Made by a program: the position numbers and the translations under genes. Of a stretch of 64,000 nucleotides of DNA, positions 37,824 to 50,981 are shown piece after piece; position 1 is the stretch's first letter, and each line of letters opens with the position of its first letter. The stretch comes from Octopus sinensis (lineage: Eukaryota), in NCBI RefSeq assembly GCF_006345805.1, contig NC_043020.1:20274001-20338000 (forward strand), read 5' to 3'. The notes beneath the pieces were generated by a model. It searched no databases. It was not told where the DNA came from and saw nothing but the letters and a program-made list of their open reading frames with translations.

Positions 37824-39791
37824 TATCATACTATCTCATATTCCTCTTTTAAAATGTCAAACTTTGAGCTTTAAAAGGACTTCATCATCATCATCAGCAT
37901 TATTTATCATGACTGCAGATGAGGGAGGTGGCTAATACATGTAAGACCTCTATTAAAGGTTTTGAACTCACAAACATCAATAAACGAATATCAGTAATAC
38001 ACTGTTAAAAAATGTAAAACTAGATTATCTCCCCTGAAAATCTAGTCGTAGGCATAGTGAGATAAATAGAAAAAGTATGCATACAGAAGATTACATTTTT
38101 CAGAGAAGATATGCATCAATGGTTAACAGACTGGATTTGAAACTGATCATGTTTTTTTTAATGCGGGAGCAGATTGGATAAGTCTCACAACACCTCACTA
38201 CATGTAAGAATCACCTGGTATGAACAATAACAGAAAAACTGGATGACTCTGCTATGGATTAGGTACATTATATTATGTTATGTTACCAGGTTGTTTGCAG
38301 TTGGTGTAACAGCTATTAATTCAGAGTTGCAGCCCTCGTACATAGCTTGCGATGAAGGCTGCAGGCTCCACAACTCCTTCATAGATTTGCTTTATGACAT
38401 TGTTTCTACTACATGGAGAGGAAGCATTTTACTGTGCTACTAAATACAAGTTTCTGTTGCCCAAATTCTAGTTGCAAGACTACTTTAAAAATGATTTTCC
38501 CAAAGTACCCTCTAGTGGTATTGAATCCAGAACCAAGCTGTTGTGAAGTGAACTTCTTAACAATATATACAATGACATAGGGGGGGGGGGTATGTTTCTA
38601 AGCGGAGATATACTAAATATAGTGAGTTAGTGTAAGTCACTAATGATGTTTCATTTTCCTACTTCAATAAACTGGATAACAAGCAATGTTCATCCTTAAG
38701 ATAGAGTACATACAAATGTAAATATATGAATGATGAATAAGAAAGTAGAAGAGAAATGTATTTGAGAGTGATAACTAGAGATACACAAGAATGTGGACAA
38801 ATTAAAATGACAAACATAATGGTTAAGTAACCAAAAGAGAGGACCAAGATTAAAAGAAAATTAATTTCAGTCGATGTACTTAAGAGAGGGTAGGGAGTGG
38901 CAAAACAATCCAGTTTAACTGTGGAGCTACAGACCTTAATTTTGCCATTTTGCAATTTTGCTCATTTAACATTCAATGAGTGACTATCCAATAGAAAAAG
39001 CAACAAATTGTTTGAGAATTATCTAAACAATCTCTGATTTGTTAACAATGTTAACAGAAGCTATCAGATTGTCTCTAACATTATCAACTCTTATTCATTT
39101 GTTCAGCTGCCCAGATCAGCTCTAACAGAACAGTCCTCGACCATAAAATGTAGCAAATGAATTTTACTGTTTGATTTAGAGATCTTGAAACATGCTGTCA
39201 TCAAAACATATACTTAAGTAATCTTAAGTAATGTCGGTAGCAACACTGAGGAAGTTAGGCTAACTACATAGAAACTCACTCTCAAGCTCTTCTATCATAC
39301 AAAATGCTTTATTTACTTGTGAATATTGCAAAGAAATTAATATATAACTTCAGGGTGAAATTTTAGTTGGATAGCATATTTAAAGAAAAAAAGAAAAAAA
39401 AAAGGGTAAAATATATTAGTGCATAATATTTGAGATCACATTGTAGTTGAGTAAATGCAATAATGAAAATGTGGGTATGATTATATTATAAATTTAGAGG
39501 TATTTACATAAACTGTCAAAATAGTCATTTTTGTAGAAAGGTAGGAAAATCAGTCATCCACTGCTTTCCAGTTTAGTCAACTGAGGTAAAGGTAATAATG
39601 CAATTGAATAGACTGAATTGAAAACTGCACATAGTGCTTTATGTAAGACTGCGATATCAATATGACTTCAATATTCATTTCTCCAATTTCTTTGATGTAT
39701 AAAGGCTTTTAAATAAAATGCAATAGATAGTTTATAACAATTTGATGATTACTGAGTCTAAAATATATAAAAGAAGGCAAAATTTACTTAC

Positions 39792-39892
39792 TTCCAGTAT
39801 TAATGGTCCTATTCTCTCAGTGGTAATAGGTACAATTGATGGCTTACTAGAAGATACTTGGCTTTGTTGAACAGCGTCACTGGTCTCACTCT
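39792..39892 (-). CDS. NCOA: NCOA exon: bHLH-PAS linker (ESETSDAVQQSQVSSSKPSIVPITTERIGPLILE)
   Basis: Acceptor ttttacatAG, donor GAA|GTAAGT; 101 nt; phase 1 in, phase 0 out; conserved VQQS.VSSS and GPL.LE motifs. Confidence 0.93.
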
Positions 39893-41686
39893 CTATGTAA
39901 AAGAAAAGAAAACAATTACAAAAAGACTGTGTGTGCGTGTGTCAGAGAGAGAGAGAATAGTTGGTTCAACAAAGGCATAACCATGTAGTCAAGATGTTCT
40001 CTTAGATATCTTGAAATCCCAGGTTGAATCCCAGCTATGGTAGAAGACACTTGGCTAAGTGTCTTCTACCATAAGTTGTGGGCCAACTTGAGCCTTAGAT
40101 AGAAAATGTATATCAACTGGACTAGACATGTAACTAAAAGGGCCAGCCTATCACACTGTATCAGATCGATCCACCTTGAGGGTTATGTGAAAGTTATATT
40201 AAATACAATAAAGAATAAGTTCAAATGATTGAACTGGGAAACTCATCACTGAAGCTGACAGTGACCCATTTAATTCATACTTGGCTGATTAATCAAAAGC
40301 ATTGGGTCTGGTGCTTAAATTTAGGTTGTGAAGTATTCATGCCTACCATAAATGGGAATGATGTAAGGTTTGGTGCTTAACTGTAGAACATTTTTCCTCA
40401 CATTCTAATATTTGTAGTATTGGTTTCACATTTTGGGCACAAGGCCAGCAGTTTTGAGGGAGGGGATAAGTCAAATACGCCCCCCCCCCTCGTGTTTAAT
40501 TGGTACTTATTTTACTAACCGCAAAGAGATAAAAGGCAAAGTTGATGGCAGAATTTGAACTCAGAATGTATGGACAGATGAAATACTGCTAGGTATTTTG
40601 CCTGGCATACTAATGGCTCTGCCACCACACTGCCTTACTGATATTTTTTGTATTAACTGGTGAGTATAAAGACACTAAAAGTATGAGAAGTAACCGCTTT
40701 ATCTAGGTTCTCCCTGGGACAATGAGGAACAGTGTCTAACATGTAAATTTACATTCAAAGAGTAAAATCTCATCTAATCAGCAATTTTTTCATGTGAAAT
40801 TACATGAACATGCAAGCACATATACTGCTGGTTATCCTCTATATCTCTATTTAAATGTAGCAAGCTATCCAACAAAAAATGCAATGTACTTTCCTTTATT
40901 CAATAAAGTTATGAAACTTGCTCAGAAATCTGCAATGTATATATAAATCACATTTCAATCCAATTGTACAAATTGCAGCAATCTTCATCCACATTATCAA
41001 CCATATTGATTTCTCTAATCAATAAATGATGAAACATAAATTCTTTGTTGATTAAGAACACTTCTTTACCACTTAGAGTACTGAAGTTTTCCACTCTACT
41101 TCACAACATCATGAGAATCAGCATCATCACCACCTACAATAGCTATTAGTATTATAATGACAGGAAAATTTTCTGAGACGCTTCTGCTTTTCCATATATC
41201 AGATACTTTCCAAGGATTGCAGCCTCAATTCCATGACTTGCTAGGAGCTTACTTTTGATAACTGCTATCATGATGATGCCTGCCTGATATATCTATCTCA
41301 CACTAAGCTTTCCCAATCACAACAGACTAGTACTGAGCCTCTCCAATATTGATTTCTTACAAGGACCCTCCCCACCACATGTAGAGGGAAGTTGATAGAC
41401 CTGAATTCCAGTATTTTATCAAGGTGAACACAGATCTGAATTGAGAATAATAATTCAAAAGGCATTTATTTTGTCTGGTTTTCCCCAGATTCTAATATCT
41501 CAACCTTCAATGCAATATTAGTTTGTTACACAAGCACAACTCCTCATTTACACAGATTCAAGAGAAATGACTCAGAGACACTAAAACAATGACTCAGCTA
41601 AAAGTTTTTCTTCTTCCCTCTTAGAGCTGAGTTCCTTAACAATAAGGAATACAACTGACTTTATTCACTATACAATAAAAAATATA

Positions 41687-42552
41687 TCGGGTCATCCCAT
41701 AAATAATGCAGTTGCTTCGTATTTCTTAATTTTCAAAATTAAGATAAAGTTCTTTTTTAATCTAAAATATACTTTCCTTAATTTTCTACAATGCTCTTCC
41801 ATATATCTGGTCGACTTGCAAGGCCCCCCTCTTCCAAAATTCACTTGTCCGTGATATAAAAAATACTCTTCCAGTAATGTTCTGACCTCATCTACAGAAT
41901 TCATATATTTTCCGTCCAAATGATTTTGAAGACTGTGGAATAAATGATAATCAGATGGGGCAATGTCCAGTGAATATGGTGGGTGGGGCATCGTTTCCTA
42001 TTTAAACTGCTCCAGTCTTTAGAATGTCATCCTGGCTGTATGTGGCCCGATGGAAGAACACCTTTCATCTTGAAACCAAAGACGGTCGTTTTTCTTCTAG
42101 CACTGACTTAGGCTGCTCAAGCTGCTTGCAGTAGATCTCCTTTGTTATCATTTGGTTTGGGTTTAAAAGTTCGAAGTGGACAAAATCTTTCATATCCCAC
42201 CAAAAAGATAACAACACCTTACATGGAACCACTATTGACACTGGCTTACACTTATTGTCCGATCTCCATATATTGCATTAAAATTCCTCACACTTTCTGT
42301 TGAATTGTTGCCTTTATTGAATTCAAAGCAAAATATGCTGAATGTGCTCCTCTGTTACTTCCAATATAGCTTTGGCAAGATAACTGTTAAAATTGAACTG
42401 CACTCTTCAAAACTTGCACTAAGAATAAGTACAGGGTAAAATTACTACTTGCTTTTTTAGCAAGTTGATGCAGGTAGTTTATCCCGACCACCCCCCTCTG
42501 ACTTTTAGTTCATGCAATTGAAAAAAACCGCATTATTTATGGAATGACCCAA
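41687..42552 (-). mobile_element. Internally deleted mariner (866 bp) with TA TSD
   Basis: TIRs T(C/T)GGGTCAT(C/T)CCATAAATAATGC flanked by TA; C-terminal remnant PHPPYSLDIAPSDYHLFHSLQNHL. Confidence 0.9.
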
Positions 42553-42630
42553 TACATGAATACATATATATAACCCAATTATTTCAATATCTATATGACT
42601 TCATTCATGACTATGTTTGTGTCTGTATGT

Positions 42631-42909
42631 GTTAACAAGGCTACCAATGGTTTCATGTAACGAGATCTTCACAACTGTTCAAGTGTGCCACATGGAAGTG
42701 TTGGTATTCATCTCCTTATTGGATGAGAATACACAAATTTTGAAATAAACATACAAATCACAGGATGTGTGTATTTACAGAAACCTATTTAGTGTTGTCT
42801 AACCTTATGTATTCCCATCTAATATGGAGATAAATACCAACACTTCCATGCAGCCCACTTGAGCAGTTGTGAAGATCTCGCTACATGAAACCATTGGTAG
42901 CTTGTCAAC
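42631..42909. repeat. Foldback: about 101-bp inverted arms (about 89% identical) around a 76-bp spacer
   Basis: 42631-42732 pairs with 42809-42909; I counted 10 mismatches and 1 gap by eye. Confidence 0.9.
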
Positions 42910-43200
42910 CCATAAATAAAGAATATTTATCCACAATGTGGAGTTGAGCTCTCATTCCACCGTTCAATATTAGTGTGTGTATGTGTATATATATTATTTT
43001 AACCTTATTTATTTCAGTCATTTGGCTGCGGCCATGTTGGAGCACCACCTTTAGTTGAACAAACTGACCCCAGGACTTGTTCTTTGTAAGCCTAGTACTT
43101 ATTCTATTGGTCTCTTTTGCTGAACTGCTAAGTTATTGGGATGTAAACACACCAATATTAGTTGTTTAGTGATGGGGTAACAAAAATAGACACACAAATA

Positions 43201-44341
43201 TCATCATCGTTTAACGTCCGCTTTCCATGCTAGCATGGGTTGGACGATTTTGACTGAGGGCTGGCGAACCAGGCTCCAATTTTGATCTGGCTGAGTTTCT
43301 ACAGCTGGATGTCCTTCCTAACGCCAACCACTCCGAGAGTGTAGTGGGTGCTTTTTACGTGCCACCAGCACAGGGGCCAGTCAGGTGGTACTGGCAATGA
43401 CATTGCTCAAATCTTTTTACACATGCCACTGGCACAGGTGCCAGTAAGGCGATGTTGGTAACGATCATGCTCGAATGGTGCCCTTTTACATACCACGGCA
43501 TGGGAGCCAGTCAGGCGGTACTGGCAATGACCTCGCTCGAAACTTTTTACACATGCCACCGGCATAGGTGCCAGTAAGGCGACGATGGTAAAGATCACGC
43601 TTGAATGGTGCCCTTTTACGTGCCACTGGCACGGAAGCCAGTTGGCTGCTCTTGGCACCCTACTAGCATGGGCACAAGTGCCAGTAAGGCAACGTTGGTA
43701 ACGATCACACTCGAATGATGCCCTTTTATGTGCCACTGGCATGGAAGCCGGTTAGCCGCTCTGTCAAACGATCACACTCGTACGGTGCTCTTTGCACCCC
43801 GCTAGCATGGATGCCAGTCATCGAATTTGATTTTGATTTCACTTGTCTCAACAGGTCTTTGCAAGCAGAGTTTAGTGACCAAAGAAGGAAAAGGTACGCA
43901 TAAGTGGGCTGGTTATGCTCCTGGCATAGGCCACAGGTTATGGTCTCATTTGGCTTGCCGGGTCTTCTCAAGCACAGCCTATTTCCAAAAGTCTCGGTCA
44001 CTAGTCTTATGTCATTAGGCCTAATGTTCGAAGGTTGTGCTTCACCACTTCATCTCAGGTCTTCCTGGGTCTACCTCTTCCACAGGTTCCCTCAACCGCT
44101 AGGGTGTGGCACTTTTTCACACAGCTATCCTCATCCATTCTCGCCACATGACCATACCAGTGCAGTTGTCTTTCATGCACACCACATCTAATGCTTCTTA
44201 GGTCCAACTTTTCTTTCAAGGTATTTACACTCTGTCGAGTATGCACACTGACATTACACATCCATCGGATCATACTGGCTTCATTCCTTGCGAGCTTACG
44301 CATGTCCTCAGCAGTCACAGCCCATGTTTCACTCCCATGTA

Positions 44342-44342
<1 letters not shown>
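43201..44342 (-). mobile_element. 5'-truncated RTE LINE with expanded 3' UTR tandem repeats, inserted into the microsatellite of a SINE
   Basis: WLHGSETWAVT..DMRKLARNEASMIRWMCNV...HWYGHVARM...GRGRPRKTW on -. Repeats at 43358-43800 and (TGA)n tail at 43201. The host SINE halves lie at 44375-44520 and 43005-43200. Confidence 0.92.
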
Positions 44343-44376
<34 letters not shown>

Positions 44377-44974
44377 CAGGCTTCTTTCAGTTTCCATCTA
44401 CCAAATCCACTCATAAAGCTTTGGTTGGCCTGAGGCTACAGTAGAAGACACTTGCCCAAGGTGCCACGCAGTGGGACTGAACCCAGAACCATGTGGTTGG
44501 TAAGCAAGCCACTTACCACACACTTATATTAGACATACAAACAGGGCAAATTTAACTGAAAAAATGATGAACTACCTTAATCCTTTAGTATTTAGATTAC
44601 TCTGCCAAATATGATACTTACATACTCGCATTGTTTAGAATTAATCACACATCTGTAGCTTTGGGATTTGAATGTTTATTTCTAGAATGACTTTGTAGAG
44701 TAGGTGTGAGAAGCTGCGTCTGGCCATTTTTAACAAAACAGAATATTTGAGTTGGATAGGCTGGTTTAAATGCTAAAGAGTTAATCAATGATGAGAGCCT
44801 TATTAGGTTCTCATTAGGTGTTTACACCACTCGAGTGATGCCAGAGAAACAAATAGCCAAGCTGTTTATATACACAACAAATCCAATAGCTTCAGCAAAC
44901 AGAAGCTACTAATTCACATACTTTAAGTATTTAATACTTTATTCCATATCAGCATTCTGAAATATGTATGTATG

Positions 44975-45028
<54 letters not shown>

Positions 45029-45121
45029 AAATACAAAGTTATATCTTGAGATTGCTAGTGACAACAACACTCAAAATATATAACAGACTGGAATAGTAGT
45101 GCTCAAATGAGCTTTATACAC

Positions 45122-46101
45122 TTTTTAATCTGAGGGGAGGCAATGTGAGCAGCAACTAAAGGAACATTACAAAATCCACAGAAAGATCAAACACATACAT
45201 ATATTCATTTATATCTACAGAACAGATATAAAGTCCGACGTTTAAAAATATAGTAATATATAAATACATATATAAACATCATATAAAAATATATAAATAT
45301 ATAAGAATCAATGCTGCATATATAACACCTTGAATTTACGGTTAAACTAGTAAAACATTTGGTATAAATTTGTTAAATTAAAAATTTAGGGTAATAAAAC
45401 ATACAAAGACATTAAAATGACATATTAAAATTCCAGAGAAAAATGCATAGAAGATAAATATACAAATTTACAAAAATACATAAAAGTTCATCTACGAGCC
45501 GTTTCGGAGATGCGCCAATTAATATGAAATATATCATATATTTAAAATTGACACCCCCCTCGTCAGGATGTTGTTTACACACAACACATAGTACACGGAA
45601 ACAAATGCACAATTACATACCGGCTATATGCGAAAGACCAGACATTACGTACTCCTCCAAAATTCACATAGAAACTCAGGGGAGTATCAATTTTAAATAT
45701 ATGATATGTTTCATATTAATTGGCGCATCTCCGAAACGGCCCATAGATGAACTTTTATGTATTTTTGTAAATTTGTATATTTATCTTCTATGCATTTTTC
45801 TCTGGAATTTTAATATGTCATTGTGTTTTATTACCCTAAATTTTTAATTTAACAAATTTATACCAAATATTTTACGAGTTAAAGCATAAATTCAAGGTGT
45901 TATACATGCAGCATTGATTCTTATATATTTATATATTTTTATATGATGTTTATATATGTTCTTACATATTACTATACTTTTAAATGTCGGACTTTATATC
46001 TGTTCTGTAAATACATGAATATATGTATGCGTTTGATCTTTCTGTGGATTTTGTAATGTTCCTTTAGTTGCTGCTCACATTGCCTCCCCTCGGATTAAAA
46101 A
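45122..46101. mobile_element. 980-bp foldback element (arms of about 430 bp), probably an inverted Penelope-type terminal repeat
   Basis: 45122-45560 is the reverse complement of 45678-46101 at roughly 90% or more identity, with a 117-nt spacer. It contains a hammerhead motif, as Penelope-like pseudo-LTRs typically do. No TSD was seen and the family assignment is inferred. Confidence 0.75.
45489..45570 (-). ncRNA. Type I hammerhead ribozyme with complete canonical core, sense to the NCOA pre-mRNA
   Basis: CATC-CTGACGA-GGGGGGTGTCAATT..AATTGGCGCATCTCC-GAAAC-G(gct)C-GTA-GATG. Stem I CATC/GATG; long stem II closed by G-C; stem III ACG/CGT; predicted GUA cleavage between 45493 and 45492. Activity is untested. 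Confidence 0.75.
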
Positions 46102-46114
46102 TTGTGTGTGTGTG

Positions 46115-46156
<42 letters not shown>

Positions 46157-46699
46157 CCCTCTAGGTATATTCAAATGTGTGGATACACACACACAAATAC
46201 AGAGTTATAAATGACTTCACTTATCACACAAGATATATAACTATAGTGTCTTCATTCACAACACAATAACTGTAGCTGACTTTGAATGAGTACTTATTGA
46301 CCTCTTTATAGAATAGAACTCAAAATACAAGTTTATGTGTCTAAATGATGAAAAGCATTCAACACAGTACTCTACATTTCTGCTGCTGCTACTAATACTA
46401 ATAATGATATTAAAAACAACAATGAGTAGGTTGGCTAAGTTTGCAAACTGGCACTTGGAGACAGTCTTCACAAGCTGTCTACTTAGCTGTAAATTGTCAT
46501 CAGAAAGATGAATGATTTCTCACTGTTGAAATGACAAAACACTTTGCAATCTGCAGTGCTGAGTTTAGCCAAGGAAACTGGTGTTTCTATCCATATGCAA
46601 TTATATTTAAAAGACTATCTTCTTCCACCAGAAACTTTGTGTGTGTGTGTGTGTGTATGTAAGAAACACATCTATAATTTTAACGCTAATTCATAGCGC

Positions 46700-47038
46700 T
46701 GCCCCGACTGGCCTTCGTGCTGGTGGCACGTAAAAAGCACCATCCGATCGTGGCTGTTGCCAGCCTTGCCTGGCCCCTGTGCCAGTGGCACGTAAAAAGC
46801 ACCATCCGTCCGTGGCCGTTTGCCAGCCCCGTCTGGCACCTGTGTGGGTGGCACGTAAAGAGCACCCACTACACTCACGGAGTGGTTGGCATTAGGAAGG
46901 GCATCCAGCCGTAGAAACACTGCCAGATCAGACTGGGCCTGGTGCAGCCTTCTGGCTTCCCAGACCCCAGTTGAACCGTCCAACCCATGCTAGCATGGAA
47001 AGCGGACGCTAAATGATGATGATGATGATGATGATGAT
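46700..47038 (+). mobile_element. RTE 3' UTR and tail fragment with three approximately 58-bp repeat units
   Basis: Three tggcacgtaaa(a/g)agcacc units, then the same terminal sequence as 34350-34545 and 43201-43350, and an (ATG)n tail. Confidence 0.88.
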
Positions 47039-49929
47039 GTGTGTGAATTTAACAGAAATGCATCAATTTTTTTCATTTTTACACTGACTTATGATACATG
47101 ATATATATATGTATATTTGTTTGTGTATAACAGGAATATCATTACTAACCAGAAAGAAAAGAAAAAAAAAAGAAAAAGAAAAAAAAATGAAAGTAAAATT
47201 CAAGACTTAAATGTGATGGAAGGCGTGGGAGAGGGTAGTTTACTTTCAGATTTAAAAACATTTTTTTTTCTTAACTGAAAAAAACTTTTGAAATGAAAAA
47301 CCATCCATAGATTTTTATTCTATTTCCAACCACTCCTCACCTATTTCTGACACTGATTTATTTATTTAAACAGTTTTTATTTGTTTGTTTTTCAACCACC
47401 GCCACCACCACACTATTTCCATTTCTACTCTCTTTCACCACAGTCACTCACTCTCAAACATCACACTACTTGTTATCTGTCAAGATATTAGCAGTCAGTC
47501 AACTCTGAAGTCATCTTTTGGAAAACCTTTGATTTCAATAGGTTATACCTGTAAGGTATATACATTATATGTGTGTAAATGTATGCGTGCATATGTGTGT
47601 GTGTGTGAGTGTGTATGAGAGAGAGAGAGAGGAAGCAGAAAGAATGGGGAGTGAGAGGGTGGCAGAAAAAGAGAGAAAGAACAAGGCCTGTTTTTTTTTT
47701 TTTGTTCCTTTCCCATTAAAAAAAGCATGCATTGTATGTGTGTGTGTGTGCACGCACGGATATATATCTGTGTTTGCACATGTACATGCATGTAGAACAG
47801 TTTGACTATTCCATCAATCCAGGCTTGACGCATGCATGTTCAGGAGGTTGTCAACTTTAATCACAACCAATGGTAATTTGAGCACTGTGAATTCTAATCA
47901 ATCTGTCGGATATGACAGAATATTTGCAGATTCTGCCCCCTCTCAGAAATCTTTCAAACCGAGTGCTTTTTTAGAAAAACCATTAAAACCACTCAGATAA
48001 CAACAGTCACTATATAAAAATAAGGTACTGTCACAGATTCCTGTTTTGTCCTTATTACACCTCCAAACATACGATAAAAAAATTTTTTTTGAAGGTTGAC
48101 ACCTGCACTTTCTCTCAAATGCTATTGTTGCTGCAGTTAATACAAATTTTTGTTTTCTTTAAATTAAAATTTTGTTCTTCAATAGCCGATGTAGCTTGTT
48201 TAAAAATACATGTGTGTGTGCGTATATATATATATATATATACACGCACACACACACACGATAATGATGATATATATATATATATATATATATATATCTT
48301 TTACCAGTTTTGATTGTTAGACTGCAGTCAAGCTGGGACACTGTCTTGAAGAATTTTAAACAAAAGAATCAACCCCAGTATTTATTTTTTTTATGTCTAA
48401 TACTACTATGCTCAACTACTAAGTTATGAGTAAGTAAATACACCGACACTAGTTGTCAAGTGGTGTAGAGGGACAAACAGAGACAAAAGATACATGCACA
48501 CACCAAATGGGCTTCTTTCAGTTTCCATCTACAAATCCACTCAAGGTTTTGGTCAGCCTGAGGCTATAGCAGAAGATACTTGTCCAAGGTGGCATGCAGT
48601 GGGACTGAACCCAGAACAATGTGGTTGGAAAGCAAACTTCTGACCACAGCCATGCCGGCACCTACATATGTATACATGCATTACACACACCCATATATAT
48701 ATATATACATTCACACACACACCCATATATATATATATACATTCACACACACATATATACATGCATTACACACACACACACGATGATTGTCTCAGCTTGT
48801 TAGATGATAACCATCTCATTATCTGCCTGATTGTTTGAATTTGCTTTCATCCTTGCATGTGCATGAATAAGACATTTCACCACACATCCATTGCCATAGG
48901 ACTATATAAAATATCAAATGGACCAAGAAATGAAATGATAGTGAGACATTTGTATATCATTGGATGTGACAAAAGTTTGCACAAAACTTTTGACACTCTC
49001 TTGTGTTGCCATAACAACAACAAGCAGTGCAAGATAATTGGTACTATTTTGAGTTACCCCTTAATTCCCTGATCTAGAATGATAGTAACAGTCAGGGTCC
49101 TATGTATGGGTTAAACAAATTTCCCAGGGGTAGAAGAGGTACCTGTTATTTTGGGGGAAGGTAGCACTTCTGGAAATAAGATTCTCTGACGTGAAACTTG
49201 CAGTCAAATATGTATCATTCAACTATGGTAGGAGTTAAATAATATTCTTAAGGCTGCAATTTACTCACATGCAGCATCTTTCAAAGCTTGTTGCTAATTC
49301 AGTTCTTAACCAAGTTGAAAACTTAACATTTTTAAAGAGGACTGGTCCCTAGCTACATTTTAGCATTAAAGAAATTGAGATTTGATCCAGAAGAAAAAAG
49401 TTTATATCAAAATTTGTAGCAATGTTATAGGAGAGTAAGTAACGCTACCAACCAAGTTTAGAACTAAATAACTTTATTTTAAAAGCAAAATACATTTATC
49501 TTAGCTTCAATGATAGGAGAAAGCATGAAGAATTTCATAGTTTTGGTCTCATGTAACAAAAATTTGTATCAAAAAAGTTGAGGTAAAATATGAAAAAAAA
49601 TATAAGCAAAGCAAAAAATTGGATTTAAGTACAATTAACTGTTTTATATTAAAAACTATATTTTAATGAAGCTTAAATGATAGAGCTCAATTTGAGGAAT
49701 TTCATGGTATCAATTTCATGCTATGAAGTTTTAAAAGAAAAAAAGTTATAAGTGTTTGTTTCTCAAATTTGAGTGGGATAATATAGTTCAATACCTTTTT
49801 ATGAATATAGTTCTATAAGGGGACTTTTAATATATGTCACCGGCGTCATTGAGGTAAGGGCAAATTATCAATAACACCACTAATTGACACATTATTAATT
49901 AGCATAATAGCATAGCCTGGAAAAAACAC

Positions 49930-50781
49930 GGATTACATGGAAAAATGCAAACAACAGAAATAATATTCTTAAGATTATAAGCCTGGGAAATTACAGGACA
50001 AATTATTACGCTTGGGAAAGTTCAGGACAACTTATTACATCTGGTAAAGTACAGAACAAGAAAATTTTTACTTAAAATACTGCAGCTAACGATAAAATTT
50101 GAATATCAAAAATTATTTGATTTTAATTTACAAAGTAACATTATAATAAAAAAAAAGGTACCGTCATATTGTTAAAATATTAACACTAGAATACTTAAAA
50201 AATGAGAGCCAGAAGTACAAACATAGCTTAGGTTTTATGCAAAGTAGAATAGTATATATGGTAGGCAGATTCATTATGTAAAAATTAGGCATTGGGTCAA
50301 GACTAAAAATGTGAAGACTTGGCAATAACTCAAGCAAATTTTACTGCAAATTTGTTGTTATAGGTAGATTTTACTGTAATATATAACTAAGTTTTATATT
50401 TTATTTATTGTACTAATTATGTACTACTATCATTTTTTATAACCTATTTCCAAATTTCTAATTATATATTAATCAATAAAAATATGAATTCTCTTGAAGT
50501 GCAAAAATTATTTAAAATTTTTTAATAGAAGAAGTAATAACAAATAACTTGCAATAAAATTTTTAGTTTTAATAAAAGCTAATATTTTCTAGATCTATAT
50601 ATTCTATTTGATATTTTATTATTAGCTACAATATTTTAAGTAAATTTTTTCTTGTTCTGTACTTTACCAGATGTAATAAGTTGTTCTGAACTTTTCCAAG
50701 TGTAATAACTTGTCCTGTAATTTTCCAGGTTTATAATCTAAAGAATATTATTTCTCTTGCTTGCATTTTTCCATGTAATCC
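49930..50781. mobile_element. Non-autonomous foldback DNA element (MITE-like) with TIRs of about 170 bp
   Basis: 49930 to about 50105 mirrors about 50607-50781. Each arm holds three approximately 29-30-bp subrepeats (ttat..cctgggaaattacaggacaa and variants). The interior is AT-rich and non-coding; no clear TSD. Confidence 0.8.
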
Positions 50782-50935
50782 ATTTATATGTACATGCATT
50801 CATGCATGTATATACAAATACATTAGTGTAAAAAAATGTGTACACACACACACACACACACATATATATATTGTGACTAGCGATGTGTAGCAACATCTGA
50901 TGGTCTGGTCGGTCACGTGATCACGTGATATATAT

Positions 50936-50981
<46 letters not shown>

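Noticed and set aside
42855-42905. Hammerhead-like string GTGAAGA..GAAAC-CATTG-GTA in the 42.6-kb foldback
   Set aside because: Stem III and the GUA site fit, but C3 is G, there is no stem II closing pair, and stem I is unconvincing.
43358-43800. Repeat array with a superficial CRISPR-like repeat/spacer look
   Set aside because: The units are contiguous, degenerate tandem repeats inside an RTE 3' UTR in a eukaryotic intron. There are no unique spacers and no cas genes.
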